Positions 1 to 16,619 of a DNA stretch of 64,000 bases are shown in pieces; the stretch's first letter is position 1; each line of letters opens with the position of its first letter. Source of the DNA: Eledone cirrhosa. Taxonomy: Eukaryota. The translations under genes and the position numbers were made by a program. The DNA is taken from NCBI GenBank assembly GCA_964016885.1, contig OZ024746.1:33976001-34040000 (forward strand), in the 5' to 3' direction. A model generated the notes under the pieces. The model saw nothing but the letters and a program-made list of their open reading frames with translations, was not told where the DNA came from and searched no databases.

Positions 1-404
1 ATTAATAGTTACTAGACATATGAACAGGTGCATGCGTAGTACTTTTATTAACCATTAATTATTACTTGTACTGCTGCCATGTTGTTTCAGTTGTAGCGTA
101 CGCGTAGGTGTATTAATTTTCTAGATGTGCGTGTGACTGTTAGACATTTTATGGGTTTTACTGACAATAATTATCACATTATTCAAAATATGGTCAGCCT
201 TATCTTAAGTGTTTAGAGGCGATCTTATTATGAACATTTATTAAAGGAATGTTCTTATATAAAATAAAATTTGTAGGTGAAATATCCTATTTGGTAGTCG
301 TTTGTAGATATTTGATGGTGTCTTGGTATTTACTCCTATTCTGGATCTCTAGCAAAGTGTGTATGTGTGTGTCTGTTTGTGTGTGTGGGTGTCTGTGTGT
401 CTGT

Positions 405-420
405 GTATATATATATATAT

Positions 421-501
<81 letters not shown>
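405..501. repeat. (TA)n microsatellite
   Basis: Direct dinucleotide run; representative of dozens of (TA)n tracts in the window. Confidence 0.97.
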
Positions 502-508
<7 letters not shown>

Positions 509-1749
509 GTCTAGCTTTGTGTGATCCGCCGATAATCAGATTGGTTGATTACGGATTACTGGTTAATCGATTGAAAATGTTGTAATTCCTTACTATGTAA
601 ATCTAGTGCGCTTTGAAGAAGCGTGTTGAAATAAGATTTAGGTAATAATAACATATTTCATAATTGATCAGAATTATGTAGCTACTGGTGTAGGGCACAT
701 GATCTCAAAATGTGGTTGCTCATACCGAAGGATATGAAATCGACTGCAAATATCGGCTACAATATGTTAATGGAAGCATTCTCCAGTATTTATATTAACA
801 TTTACCATTTCATAAATTAAATAAAACGATCTTCTCAGATTTATGTGAATAATATATGATGAAATTACACTATATTTCACTGTAAACTTTCATTGTATTT
901 AAGTAAACATCTAAGGGGAAATATGTATAATTGTCAAATATAATACTTAAAAAAAACAACGAAAATGCAATATACCCTTTCAGTTGGTGGTAGGATCTTT
1001 CTTCTACCGTTGCACAATTTAACTTACAGGGAGGTATAATACCTGGGCAGTCCCACGTAAGTTCCGGTTGTGTAGATTATCACCGACCATCAATAGTACA
1101 AACAGGTATAAAAAGAAAACGTTACATACTTCAAAAAACGTTTTTTTACTTTTTATATCCAGTGCTTTGCGAAATTTTCCAAGAATTTCATGCTCTTCAT
1201 CAATAATTGGAAATTATGAAAAAAGATTAATAACAAAAAATACCGATGCTTATTATCCACTGATTAAGAATTACAACCAACGCAGCCATTAGCTGCTTTC
1301 AGTTGCTGACCAAAGATCAGTTACTACTACACGTGGGTTTCCGACGGCCACTTTAGTTGTAATGTCGATTTCCATAAATCCTCCATTGGACTGCTGGCTA
1401 ATGAGAATTTCTTTCGCCAGAATTTGATGGTAAATGATTTATTTTTAATGGATGACCAGCGGATTCTCCACCGACTTTGATACTGGACTATACCAGATTA
1501 CATGTGGATATTCGTATTCTGGTTGATTTTGTGTTCTAAACAAGGAAGACACTGTCTGCTTAAATTGATGAAATTGTGGTAACTTTAATGTTTACATATG
1601 TTAATCTGTCGATATAATAATGACAGCTTTGATACCTTAGGCCTCAGGCTGCAGATGAATGAAAATGTTTAGCTAAAATGTAATCAACGAGATCGAAATC
1701 ACTGCATAGAGATCTACAACTGTATTACCTCTCTTTCTGTCTGTCTATC

Positions 1750-2375
<626 letters not shown>

Positions 2376-2614
2376 TGAAAGGTCTTTATACCACATCAGC
2401 TTGTTTTGTTGTTCTTGGTATTGCTTAAAGTTATGATCCTTTTAACGTGGCAGCCATTATATATCACATATATCTTCATATCGGAAGTGCTTCTTGTATT
2501 ATGACATATTTTATTATTGATTGCTTGGTTTGTGCAAGTTTACAGCTGTATTTTTTCGATTCTAAGTATTTTTCTCGATATAAAAACTCCTTCTCTATCT
2601 ATGTGATACTATGA

Positions 2615-2654
<40 letters not shown>

Positions 2655-2871
2655 ATAATCATACATATATATGTATAAATATGTCTATATATATATCCAT
2701 CTGTAGGTTTCCTCTGTGTCATAATGTCTCCATGACGAAAAAAAAACATACTTACTTATCTATACACGCACCCACACTATTTGGCATAGTCGCAAATATA
2801 TATATACACACACCCACCCATACACATATACACACACACACACAGACACACACACATATATATATATATAT

Positions 2872-2951
<80 letters not shown>

Positions 2952-3055
2952 TGTTATATATATATTACTAAAATGAATAAAGATGTCATATTTTGTTTGA
3001 TATATTTGTATATGTGTCATTGGTTCTTGAATTTACATTATATATATACATATGC

Positions 3056-3157
<102 letters not shown>

Positions 3158-5399
3158 ATTTTTTCATCACTTCAATATATCTTTCGTAACTCTCGTTATA
3201 ATATGTCAAGTAAGAAGTGCTTCCATTGTGTAGAGTCGTATTTTTGCAGTATGGTTTCAGACACCATAACTTTTGAGTGAAAGAATATTTTGTTTGTGGT
3301 TGTCAAACTTCTATTGATATCATATGTGATATCGGAAATTATCACAATCCTCTTGTGTGAACAATCTACACGGTATATATTATTGGCTATGTGTAAGCGG
3401 TTGACAATGTGTTTCCATCTTTCTTTTATTCCCTTTAGCCCACATGTTTACACTATACGTATAGATAGATTATCACATTCATAGTATCGGATAAAGCCCT
3501 GCGAATAAATACTTGTTCGCACGCATGATTGCAATTTTGTATAGATAGAAATATATATACATGTATACATTCTGATTTCGGTTGTTTATTTATTTATGTA
3601 TGTAGAACCGTGAAACTTTATATGAATGAGGACTAAATATATGTAAGAAATGTGTTCTATTTTTTTTCTGGAGCTAAATGCGATAGAGATTTCGAAGTTT
3701 TGATTCTGCCCTACCTATTTGCAACCTAAAGTAAGGTTTGAATTAAATTCAAATTTATTATTTGGAATGAATCCATATCATTTAAAAAATAGTTTAATGT
3801 ATCTGAAGCGAAATGGCATGTTCGTGTGAGAATGTGTTTTAAAGTTCGGAAGAATAAAACGCATACCAAAAATAACACATCGTTTAAGTTGGAAACATTT
3901 ATCATTTTAATAAATAAATATGGTGTGTTCGAGTCATGATGAGTTCGGTAGGTGTTGTTCCCTCATGTTCGTATAATATATATGTGGTTCTGTTTATGCA
4001 TGTGTAAGTGTGTGCAATGAGTCTTTATTTGTCTGACATATTGTCAAGCCAATCAGTGCCAAAATGCCATCTGCAAAAATGCCATCTGCCCTAGGCCTGA
4101 GCCTAGCAACGTGTGTATATTCCAGTAAAGACACATGTCTGAGAGTTTCTGGATAACATATTATTGTTAAGAGGTTACGCACTTGCAAGACATGTGATTT
4201 TTACTCTTAGGATAATGTGTCACTTTTCGTCGCGCTCCACAGACTGACGTGAAAAGTATTTATATTTTTGGAGTGACGTTGAGACCAACGAAAAAATGAA
4301 AATGATGGGAAACGAGGTCACCAATGTATACGCCGACCGGATTTAGTTCTTGTTGAGGGAACGGAATTAGAGGTACCAATGAACGGAAGTACTGATCACA
4401 TTATCTCTTCCTGCGTTAAGGTTGCTTCCATATCAACGCAAGGTTTCATGAGGTTAAAACTGATAGTATTATTATCCCCAATTATCGCTAATATGAAGTG
4501 TTTGGGTGTTTTACGGAGACACATGTCGCGACATGAGAAAGTTTGTTGCAATAAAGCTCCTTTGATACCTCTCCAGACGAACATGTGTGCATATTGCAAT
4601 CATCGTATGCATTGAACAGATGAGGGGAGCCTTCTCCCACACGAATTGTAAATTAAATTATGCAAAATATCTCTATCTGTCTCCGCTGTGAATATATCTA
4701 ATCTCTTAATAACTATGTTGAAAAAATTGTGTGTATTCTGTCTGAAATACACGTCTCAAAAGAATGGAAACAAGTAGACCGATTACATTCGTGCTGACGA
4801 CGGAGACATTCAGTCTATCCTATTTGTTTATATTTCACAGCGTTTGTGTCAACAAATACTGTATATTTTGTGTTAAAACGAATAATATTCAGGTTATCTA
4901 TATTATATCATTTTGAATCCTTTCGGTCTCATATGTTATTGATGTATATTCAATGCAATGTGTGTTATGTTTGTATATTTACTGTAATTCACACAGGGAA
5001 AACATTCTAACGTCAACTACTTACTAAATTTGGGCAATCTTGACAATGAAATACCTCTGTTTATACAGCGCACGTTCATGCCCCTCCATCAGATATATTA
5101 AGCGCCACACATTTATTAATCTAGTAAAACAATCCTAGGTTATGGTTCATCACCTTTGTAAGACAGGATGTCGTTCTCTCTTTTCCTATGAGGTTTTGAT
5201 CACTCTTGATGTCAGAAACTTCATTTACTGCTTGGGTAACATAAGAGGGTAACTTAAGATAAGCGTTGGATCAAAATCAGCTGAGAGGGAAATTAGTTAC
5301 GAAAACTATTATTCGTCGCAAAAGTAAATGTGTGGTTAATATCACGTATTTCATTTATCTATTACACTTGATCTTCATGACTCTGTCTTTTTATTGCAA

Positions 5400-5945
5400 A
5401 TTCATAATACCAATTACCTGTTCAGGCGTTATATAATACAACTTTACCTGAACCAATTTTGTACGGCCAGGGGTCATTTATGCTCATCAAATAACTGTCG
5501 CACTCTACCTCAAGCTGACATCGCCAACATTCTCCGCATAGGCGAAGCTGTACGCATTCTAAACACTTTACTTCCCATTTGGGAGGGTGGTTTAGAAACA
5601 ATTTCAGTTGGGGTTTGCGGTAAGGAGTATGACAATATCTACATAACTTTCTTTGACAATGGTGCAGCTGAAATCTTCTCATCCTTTGTGAGCCCATTTA
5701 CAGAACTATATTTTTAGTACATTGACGATGTCATTGGCACTATGTCACTCTGCCGCGCATATGTCACCTCCAATACATATTATCCACATCCAATAGATAT
5801 TATCGTTGTATACAAACATAACATCCACTTCCTCGACAACTCTATTTTTTATACATCATCCAAGTCACTATTCCGCAAATCTTCCTTCCAACAACTCCTA
5901 CTTCAATATAACCAGTTTTTAATTCACGTATACTAAACAGGCCAT
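5400..5945 (+). pseudogene. Decayed Penelope-like RT fragment
   Basis: Broken frames give YIDDVIG (tacattgacgatgtcattggc ~5718), IHFLD and SSFQQLL, resembling PLE RT YxDD, PFLD and thumb motifs. Confidence 0.5.
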
Positions 5946-6499
5946 CCGCTACCACTACTTGTCCCACCTAATTTATTTGTATCCACATCCAGGCTCTTAA
6001 GATCATTCTTCTAAAATGCCCTGGGGTTTCAATCGAAGAGGTTAGACGCACACTCTAATCCAAATCGACATCACTCATACTCGATTCCTGGGCTGTACAG
6101 GCAAACGTTCACTATTTTTCACAAAAAGGAACACAAGATGTGGGATACGGTAAAATCAGATTATACGAGTTTGAAGCTCAAAGTGAATGCCCGAAAAAAT
6201 CATTCCCTGAGGATTTAGCTCTGCCCTTTCAATTGTTGGTAGGTACTCGAAGAAAGGATCCAGGAATACATTTGACAATATTTGTTCTATATTCTTTCTA
6301 AGACTGTTCGGGTATGCTTGTAACTTGGTCCTCATAATTCAAACCAATTCAACTGTATTCCCTAACCATACTAAACATAGCTTGTAATGACGTAATCTCA
6401 TTGTTATTCCTTTGACCATTCAAACGTTTTTGACTTAACTAAGACAACACACTTTTATCTAATGTTATACACGCCATTTCCGATTTAATTAAATGAGAA

Positions 6500-7300
6500 T
6501 ATATATCACCTTATTAATTTAGTGTTAATATCGATAGTTATATCTTCCTCTGTTTTAAATAATATAACTATACGTCCTTAATTCTTGCTGGTATACTGCC
6601 CACATTTCTAATTTCTGCAGACATTGTTTTTTTCCATAGCTTTTCGTTATATTTCATTCTTACATTTATCTATTTTATACCGTTGACATTTAGTCTTTCA
6701 GAATAATTGATAATTTTATATTTGCTTTCGTAGTTTGACAATGTGTCATAGATGGTTGGGTCAAGATAGTTGTTTTAATACATAAAATAAATATTTCATC
6801 AAAGTAATATATAGAAACGTACACACATTTTATGGCATATACGATATTTTCTCCTATTTCTAAGTAAAATTTTCGATGGAGCTCAAAGTTTGCTCTTTGC
6901 ACTTTGTTTCTCTGACAATATGTGTAGTCCATTTGTTTAATTAGTATTAGCTTTCAACATGTTGTACGTGCTTTCTTTCAGTTCTTGGTGTACCGTTGTG
7001 TATACGACTTGTCCGTGATATTCCATTCTAGGAACCTGGTGAATTATTTATGTTTCATTTCAAAGTTTGTACCTTGAGGTTAATTTCCAATATAATTCAT
7101 AAAATCTTCCGATTTTGTTCATTGTTTCTCAAACGTATTCATAGATTTAAGTCCACATGGTGTTTATTTCCTTTTCTTCATTCTGTGGTATATGAAATAG
7201 GAATCAATTAAGTGTTCGAGTGGACAGAAGAACATCATTACTTTTAGTCGAGTTATTTCTACTTCGTACATTTACAGCACGACGGAATGCAGTTCTGTAA
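6500..7300 (-). pseudogene. Highly decayed PLE RT/thumb-like remnant
   Basis: Minus strand has frameshifted similarity to the IKFT..E..NN.LPFLD..T.VYRK region (NNSP/FLEW/YTTVHQ). Weak. Confidence 0.3.
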
Positions 7301-7949
7301 GGAATATACACCTGCAAACGTTGGTTTGGTGATTTGTAGTTTATACGTGTACTCAATGATGTCTAGAAAATGAGTACACTGTGTATAGTAGAATTATGTT
7401 TGTTACGTTGTTTGATTATCTTCATACTTTTAATCATACACCAGCCACCAATTTCGATGAGGATAATTGACATTTATTTCGGTGGCCTCCAGCTCCATAT
7501 ATTTATATGAATAAAATGTTCCTATTCCGGCTACATACATATTATCGACACTTCTAAATTGTATACCCATACCTCACATACGCATTCCATTAGGTTAGCA
7601 GATAGAGATAACGTAAAGTGTCCCCAGTTAAACATGTGTGCCTATTCAGACTTCAAATGTGCATGGGCAACATAAGAAGAACACGTGGACCGAGACCCGG
7701 TTAGTGGTAGCTTAACACTTCTTCCCCAGCACGTATGATGCTACACAGACCGGCTTAACACATGAGATAAGAGACAGGGGCTACCGTCTACAACAGAAAC
7801 TGTTGCGCTCTTAAGAGAGCGAGTAGAGCTGAATTTAGGTTTTAGTAAAGAATTTGCAATAAAATGAAAGAACAGAAGGAGAGTTAGTAGGAGAGTATAG
7901 AGCAAGGTGGTTATTATTACCCAAAATGGGCCGAGAGAAATATAATCCT

Positions 7950-8640
7950 GAAAGGCCGTGTGGGCGTGGTGAACGTGAACATCGCTCCATTCTCTATTAC
8001 CACCTGATGGCCGTGCTTTGCTCCAGTCTACGCCTAATTATTTTGGGAGATTTTGCCGTTTGTAAATCATGCTTCTTCAATTGAACACATGGCCCTGGTC
8101 AAGCGAAAATATATAATGGGAGCTCGACGTCTGATATTGTTATAGACACTCACAGCCTTCTGCCAGTCGGGCTGTTAGCGTTCTATACAGATCTTGTGGC
8201 GGCGAAATTGACGACAATACCGCAAATAAACTAGGCGTGAACATGATAAAAATAGTCAGTCTGTGCCGAGGAACTTTCAGTGCGGGGCCTATAGATAAAT
8301 TTCAGAAATCCCTGCGTACTGAATCGTGTTACCTGCTCGAAACAAACTTTACAGTCAACAACGTTTTGTCACATAGACGTCTCCGTGTTGCGTGAAGAAT
8401 GCCAAAACCATTCTGTACGTATTTGTCCAGTATGTGGTGTTTTGTCGACCATCTATTATCGAGTGTATCTACCGACACCATCGTGGTTATCGTCTCAACA
8501 TATTTTGGCTGGGTAGAACGAAAGCAATATTTGCTGCCTATAGAATATGTAACAAAATCCTACATACGCAATTAAATCCCACAAATTATTTAGCATACTA
8601 GTAAGTTTTCGATTTACAAAATATTATTCAAAGGCAGGAT
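7950..8640 (-). pseudogene. Decayed RTE-clade LINE ORF2 C-terminal remnant
   Basis: Minus strand gives AFF..RRL, GHVF and WSKARPSGG, resembling RTE post-RT motifs; many disruptions. Confidence 0.4.
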
Positions 8641-9746
8641 TGTTAGTGTTTGTTGATATTGTTTTCAGGCTCTTGTGTTGGGAATACAAGGCATGTCCTG
8701 CACCACATACGTACTATATTCGGTTCGTCACCGCTTTAACTGCTACGCTGGCACTTGGATGAGTTTACGAAGGTCACTCGGCAGCAAGGATGCATACCTG
8801 TCTCAGCTTTGGGAAAAACAAAATCTCTCGATCAACTAGTCCTAAATGTCTCGAACATGTTAATGTGTGGTACGACTTTCCTTACTAAGCTATAAAAACT
8901 ATAGTACTTGGCAGTTATATGTATATTACTGATAGGAAAAGGAAATGAAAGCTGTAGTCTATACAATGAAATCATTTGCTCAGACTGTCTGTTTCACTCT
9001 CAGTCTTTTCCTATTTCCTTATAAGTTAACTCCATATGGCAACAATATTGGTGGTTAGTATCGGAGTGGACCACGATGGAAAATATGTGGTGGATGAGCG
9101 TTGCAGTTTTATTCTCATGAGAATAAAGTTGAGCGTAGTGATGGTGATTAAGATGATGGTGATTATGCTAATATTAAACGACAGTAAAATTTATCTTCAA
9201 AACAATACGAATAATTAAAAAAATTAATATTTTACGATAATTAGGCGCTAGCTCATCTAAGGAGAATTCACGCTGAAAATTCAGATATAAAAACACATGC
9301 ACACACACCACAACAATTCCAGAAACAACCATAAACACATACACGAAACAAAGAGAGATCCACATATACGTAAACAGACAACCTCATACAGTTACAAATA
9401 CATTGTTTCTACATTAATAATCATTTGATCGGACCATGAAAATGTCATTTAGTCAAAACCATTTATCTCCCGTTTGTTCCAGCCAAAAATCAAATAAATA
9501 AATGAAAAGAAAAATATAAAAGAAAACAATAATAATGAAATAAAATAAAGATACGGAAGAGTTTTTAATCTTCTCTTGTGTGTTTGTAATGGTTGTGCTA
9601 TTTTTTTTTTCCATAGTTGGTATTTTTTTCTCTTTTTTTTCTCCATGATATCAAAGAGCATATCTAAGGCATTTCAAAGTATTATCTATGACGGTTGCAA
9701 ATGCGTGTGTATAGGCGTATATACAAACACATAGATAAGAGTGTAT

Positions 9747-9780
<34 letters not shown>

Positions 9781-9855
9781 GTATACATGTATATATATAT
9801 ATATAATATAAATATAAATTTAAATATGTATATACATATATATACGCATATATAT

Positions 9856-9955
<100 letters not shown>

Positions 9956-10306
9956 ATGCATTTTTGCGTCTATACATATGTTTGTGGGATGATGTGTCAT
10001 CATTTTAAGTGATTAGAATCAATATACGCGTATATATGCACAGATAGATATACATGTCTATTATTATGTGAGTAACTCAAATAATTATTGGATGTACCCT
10101 AAAAAGAATACGTGAATCCGATATTGTTGAACATATTTTATATGTAATCCAATTATTTTCCTGTGAAAAAATTTTAAATGAATTATAGCGTAATGAATTT
10201 TACCAAAATTTTATAAGTGAGTGTTTGCAATATATGGACAACTTAAGAGCACAAGCTCTACACATAAATACGTAGGTGAAAAGACAGACACATATTTATA
10301 CGTGCA

Positions 10307-10368
<62 letters not shown>

Positions 10369-10487
10369 TATATATATTTATATATATGTGTGTGTATGTA
10401 TATATATGTGTGTATATATATATATATATGTGTGTATATATAAATTTTGTATATATTTATGCAAATATGTACGGACGTCCGCACTCT

Positions 10488-10599
<112 letters not shown>

Positions 10600-11749
10600 C
10601 CTGTGTATCTGTGTGCGCGTTTGATTTGAAATACGTAAAGGAAAAGTGCAATAAAAATTTTGATCCAGCACAATATCAAAGAGATTTAATTAATAATAAA
10701 GAATGTAAACGATAACACAAAATAATTGAGTACCGTACAGCGTGCATAGATAAAGTAATCATTAGTTAAAGGTTATATAATTACATTCATATAATAATTA
10801 TTATTTCCGTTAGAAATGTTAGACGGAAGAGTCGATGCATATAATATAGACGAGTCGATTCGTATGATAGGCTGGAGATATCAAAGGATGAAACATTTCA
10901 TCTGATGTTTATGGCGGTACACGATTGGCTCCAAGAATCACTCCCATCCCAACTGGATGAATCAATTTAGATTCACCCAGGAATTGATTGTATGTATATA
11001 TATATAGAGAGAGATAGATAATATATATAATTGTTTTTCTTCTATTCATTCTTTCAACGGTGTTTTTTCAGAACATTATTTCATATATCTTATTTTCCGT
11101 AATTTGAATTGATAAGTTCTAATGTCGCGAGTATCAGCTTTTTTACTGAAGGATAGTGTATTATATTTAAACTAATTGAACTTAATTATTGCGTTTATTA
11201 AATATCAAGAAAACACAACTCTTGTATTTTTGTCATTGTTTGTTTAAGGTTGCAAATAATATACTGGCAAATACTATACTAACATTACGCATATTGCTTT
11301 CAGACTATTGCGTAATCATTCAACAGCTAGAGATTGTTGAAAGCGTGCTGTTCTAATCCACCTGAGTAGCTACATAGTGTACGTGGTGCGTTAACTGCTA
11401 CTGGATTATACGTTATCTAACAACATGAAATGACATAGATTACTAATAATAATTTTGTAGGCAATCATCCATTTTCAGTTGCATTTGAATAACATGATAG
11501 GATACCTGTATATATAATAACCACATTATGGGGATTCCCAAATCATGGGGAATACTCTTCCTAATATTCCTCTCCGCACCCAGTGACATTCGTATCATCA
11601 TAAGATCTTCCAGTATTCTAAATGTACTGGTGACCCAAATCTCCCTTTCTTTCATGAATTATTTGCTTCGTACTACCAGTACCATCAATTTTTCAATTGT
11701 TTTTATTTAGCACGATGTTTTCTATGAGTATCCTTTATTGTGCTGGGCA

Positions 11750-12870
11750 TGCTTGATTTTGCTTGGCTGGATGGGGTAGAGGTGATGGTGTTGATGTTGT
11801 TGTGCGTGTCATATCTGCGTTTTGTGTTTTGTGTCTGAAATGTTTTGATTTTGTTTTTCTTTTTCTGATGTTTGCGTTTTATTTTTAGCTATTTGGGTTT
11901 GTTGTTTGTCTTCGCTATGAAAAGGCGAGGTCTCTTTCATTTTTCTATGTGTACGAGGGTGTTTATTTTGGGATTTATTGTTTAGGGTTGAGGAGAATGA
12001 GAGGGAGAGCTTTCCTCATCTTCGCCTGGGGTTGATTCTGTCTTAGTTGTTGGTGGTGTCAGTTTAGATGTAGATGCTATTGGTGCTGTTGTCTCCACTG
12101 ATGCTGGCGTGGTTTTTTCACGGCAATGGTACTGGTACTGCAGCGACAGTTTTTTGTGGCCCCCTGCAATTTTCAACTGAGTGTTGAAGGCTCGTATATG
12201 TCTCGTTACGAGACAGACAAAGCAGTGTTACGTTTTGACTTCACTGTTCACTTGTATCGCGAACCCTTCTTGATAGTGAATAACGTCCAGGATGCTTTGG
12301 CGTAATCCGTTTTGATTGAGAGAAGAATCTCCAAATCCATCCCGGATCTGTTTTCTCTTAAAGTTTTTCTTACCTCATTTATTTGCCACTCCATGCGCCG
12401 AACTGCAATACCTCAGTTTTGTCCGGGACTAGCTTTGCTTTAGTCAACGTTTCATATTCTTTTAAGATGATCTCCGAAATTCCAGACCGAATCACAGTGT
12501 GGTAGCTCGCATTTGCCGACGCAGCCCTTCCAAGAAGTAGCGTTTTAATGTTCACTATTCGTCTGAATGATCTTTCCTGCATGTAAAAGCATTGTTTGAC
12601 ACGATCCACAGTTAATTTCTTCATCCTGTGAGCATTTCGAATTTTCCCCACCGTTAACCCATCCTTACTTCTGGTAAAATGGTCTCGACCCTCTGTATCA
12701 CTACAGACTTTTGTAAATTTTCCAAAACTAGTTCCCGAAATTCTTCCAAAAGTGGATGGTAGAAACTTAGTCGATCGCAGACCATCTTCAATCAGCACTA
12801 TACAAAATCTCCACAGTGGACGAATATTTTTTTCTGGTCGCCTCTCACGTCGTCCATCTTACATGGAGCA
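11750..12870 (-). pseudogene. Non-LTR retrotransposon ORF1 (gag-like) remnant
   Basis: 139-aa ORF 12379-12798, then a degenerate zinc knuckle (CFVC....H, ~12195-12226) and a T/P/S-rich, K-rich tail (11982-12176). Confidence 0.5.
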
Positions 12871-13121
12871 GAAAGCAATCGTAATGCAAATGATTATAAA
12901 ATTGCGATTATGAGCGATGCCTTTTTTATTTTCTTCCTTAAAGAAATATCAACAAATTTCCTGAATCAAAAAGGAATGGTTTGTGTATTTATTCCTTGTG
13001 ATGTTCCTGTATTATTATTTTTATCTTGGGTATTTTGTACCTCACTCTTACTCTCTCTGTCTAGCTCTCTCTCTCTCTGTCTAGCTCTCTTTCTCTATCT
13101 CTCTCTCTATCTCTATCTCTG

Positions 13122-13124
<3 letters not shown>

Positions 13125-13201
<77 letters not shown>

Positions 13202-13273
13202 TATACATATATATATATGTATATATATTTATATATAGGTGTGTGCATATACATATATATATATATATGTATA

Positions 13274-13325
<52 letters not shown>

Positions 13326-13329
13326 TATA

Positions 13330-13368
<39 letters not shown>

Positions 13369-13385
13369 TGTATATATATATATAC
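13125..13385. repeat. (TA)n microsatellite block
   Basis: Direct observation. Confidence 0.97.
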
Positions 13386-13921
13386 ATGTTTGTGTATTTT
13401 TGGCATAACAATATCCAGTATACATCGAACAGACAAAGCTAAATGAATTAAACCTTGTATTTTGAAGAAAATAAAGATTAAATTATTGGAATGTGATGTG
13501 ATATTCAATCGGACTATACATACAAAACACTAAACGTTTTTGAGAAAATTAAATTACTATATGAACCGTTAAAATCCTGTACATGCAACTGTGGAAAAGT
13601 TTTTAACTGCAATATAAGAACGAAGAAATAATAGTTTACACTGTTATTATGTAAAATTTTTTAAAGAAGTGAAAGTAATTTGGCAGATTATAGAATATGC
13701 AGATACACGCAGATAAATAATTAATGGAATTATATTCTAAGAAACAATATATTTACAAAAATCAATTCTGCAGATGTAAAAATCTCGTGCAATCATTCCA
13801 AATGCATTCCCCACAAAAACAATTACCCGTTGTTCACTCAAATATTTAATATATACACATCTCCATTACCAATTGTTCAAATCACACACGAGGATTTAGA
13901 ACCAGTTCTCTCACTCTTTCC

Positions 13922-14036
<115 letters not shown>

Positions 14037-14047
14037 AATATATATAT

Positions 14048-14664
<617 letters not shown>

Positions 14665-14679
14665 ATATATATATATATA

Positions 14680-16010
14680 TGCAAAAGGCAAACAGATATA
14701 ACAAAGCATACGACATAGTACAATTAAGACAGATATTATTAGTTTTACGCTTGATATAGTAGCAAAATATTCTTAATAATAGTGTAGCTAATACGAAGCC
14801 GTGAGTGATATATAGTAAATGACCGATAGGTTTCAAATACCCGCTACAATGCGATAGAAAACTACAAAGAACAAATGATGACAATTACATCAAAACAAAG
14901 TGATGTTTTACCGAGTGTATTTTGGCATGATATTTCTGGGTTAATAACGTCTTCTTTGTAGATGCGAAGCAGAAACATTTCAAAACAAACCAAACGAGTA
15001 ATCAAAGTATTCTTCCTTAACTTTTTATGTGTGTTTGTGAAACGCATATGCAAGTTCCCTAAAGTAACTGCGGTGTGCATTACTGATATATCGTTTATCA
15101 TTGGTTTTATCCGGCTGATAATAATGGTATTTTCAATCCTTAAATTGCCTATATTCCATTCTGTTGCCTCTATGTTGACCTCAATGTCTTGGCTGCAGCC
15201 TATGTTTTTTTTAACGGAAAGGACTCTTATCCTGACGTGCTCCTCCATCCGTTTTTGCAGCATGCGCATGCTACTTCCGATATACGGAATTGCATGTGAT
15301 GTTATAGAACACACGTACTTTCATGCACACTCCTACGTTGTTGATGGGACAATTAGGAATCGTGCATATATTCCTATATGAGCAGTCTCTTCATTGAATG
15401 TCTCGATTGTGCCAGCTGCTTATTCAGTCATTCCTTACCGATAGCTTGTAAGGTGGCAGCTGTAATCTTCCCATTGAAACGTGGCAGCTGTGGCTAGCAT
15501 ATTTTATCTCTAGGGTCGCATGTTCTCCTTCCTCTTTTAAGTGTCTTTGTCCTGGCAGTTCGCTATTGGGTGAGAAATGAAGGGTATTCGTTTTCGATTA
15601 GAATTCTCTGACATCCTACCGTGCTGCTATGTCTCTCGCTACGCTCACCTTTTCTATTGAGTATCCGGGAGATCTCGTTCCGTATATAGGCCATTTTGTC
15701 TCTTTGGAGAGGGCAGAGTTATGGTGCAGAATATTACTCTGTAGCCACATTTCCTGTAAAACTTGGTGTATATGGATCCTTCCTCTGTGACTCTTAGTCT
15801 ACAGTCAAATAGAAAGAGTGATGCAGTGGTGTCTGGGTGACCAGCCTCAGACTCTACGCGTGCGTCTAAGTTTTCAAAGATGATGTACATCTTGAAGGTT
15901 TGTTCGCGTGAGGAAGTGAGCATAAGCATATCATCCACGAATCCGAAATAGAAAGAGCTAGACCGGCAGGTGGTGAATGCTGTGCGCTCCAAATCGTTCA
16001 TGTACGTGAT
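14680..16010 (-). mobile_element. Penelope-like element remnant (RT C-terminus + GIY-YIG endonuclease + 3' region)
   Basis: ORF 15654-16001 has FVDD..LFLFD..YTKFYRK; ORF 14862-15314 has YIGSS.R.L..R..EH...IE...I....P.IN (GIY-YIG); HHR-like 3' half GAAACCTATCGGTC at 14821-14834 (-); abuts (TA)n. Confidence 0.8.
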
Positions 16011-16619
16011 ATATATACTTTTTTAATATCTCTTTTGGTTATTCTATATCAACATTTACACAATACAGTACGCATTCTATACTATTCTACTCCTTGCATT
16101 AATACATAATACCTACTCTATATTATATATCACTACATAATCCTAATACTGCAATAGTGCACTTATGCTACAACTACTTTCCTATTTCAAATTTACATCT
16201 ATGTGTTATTTCTATATGCTATAGTACATTTTCGTAAATTACGTTTTAACACGCTCTAACGGTATCTTCAAACTTGTCTAATCGCCTTAAGACTAGGTAA
16301 CAATTTTGACACCACTTACAATCTGAAGATATGGTCAATATCGGGCCTTGACATCTTAGGTGGTGCTTTTGTTACATGTATGAGCGTACATAAATAATCT
16401 AATATATTAACTCTCATCCTTGATTGAACAATGATTTTCTTTTTCGTTTTTCACACCTTAACACCTGCGGATAATTTCTACGATACTCTATTATCTGTAG
16501 TAAACAAAACATTATTGTTTGGTTTACTACAGATAATAGAGGATTGAGCATATATATGAACAACTGTGTAGCATGCTTGACCATTCCATATATTCATTAT
16601 ATTCCGGAAACCAATACTA

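Noticed and set aside
100-1560. Very decayed PLE-like linker/endonuclease traces on the minus strand (also ~3150-3500)
   Set aside because: Only scattered 3-4-residue resemblances, not supportable by eye.
4180-4640. MULE-like transposase remnant on the minus strand (HMFVWRGIK)
   Set aside because: Similarity is too weak to call without a profile search.
10813-10989. Possible exon bounded by TTCCGTTAG and GTATGT
   Set aside because: All three frames contain stops and there is no other support.
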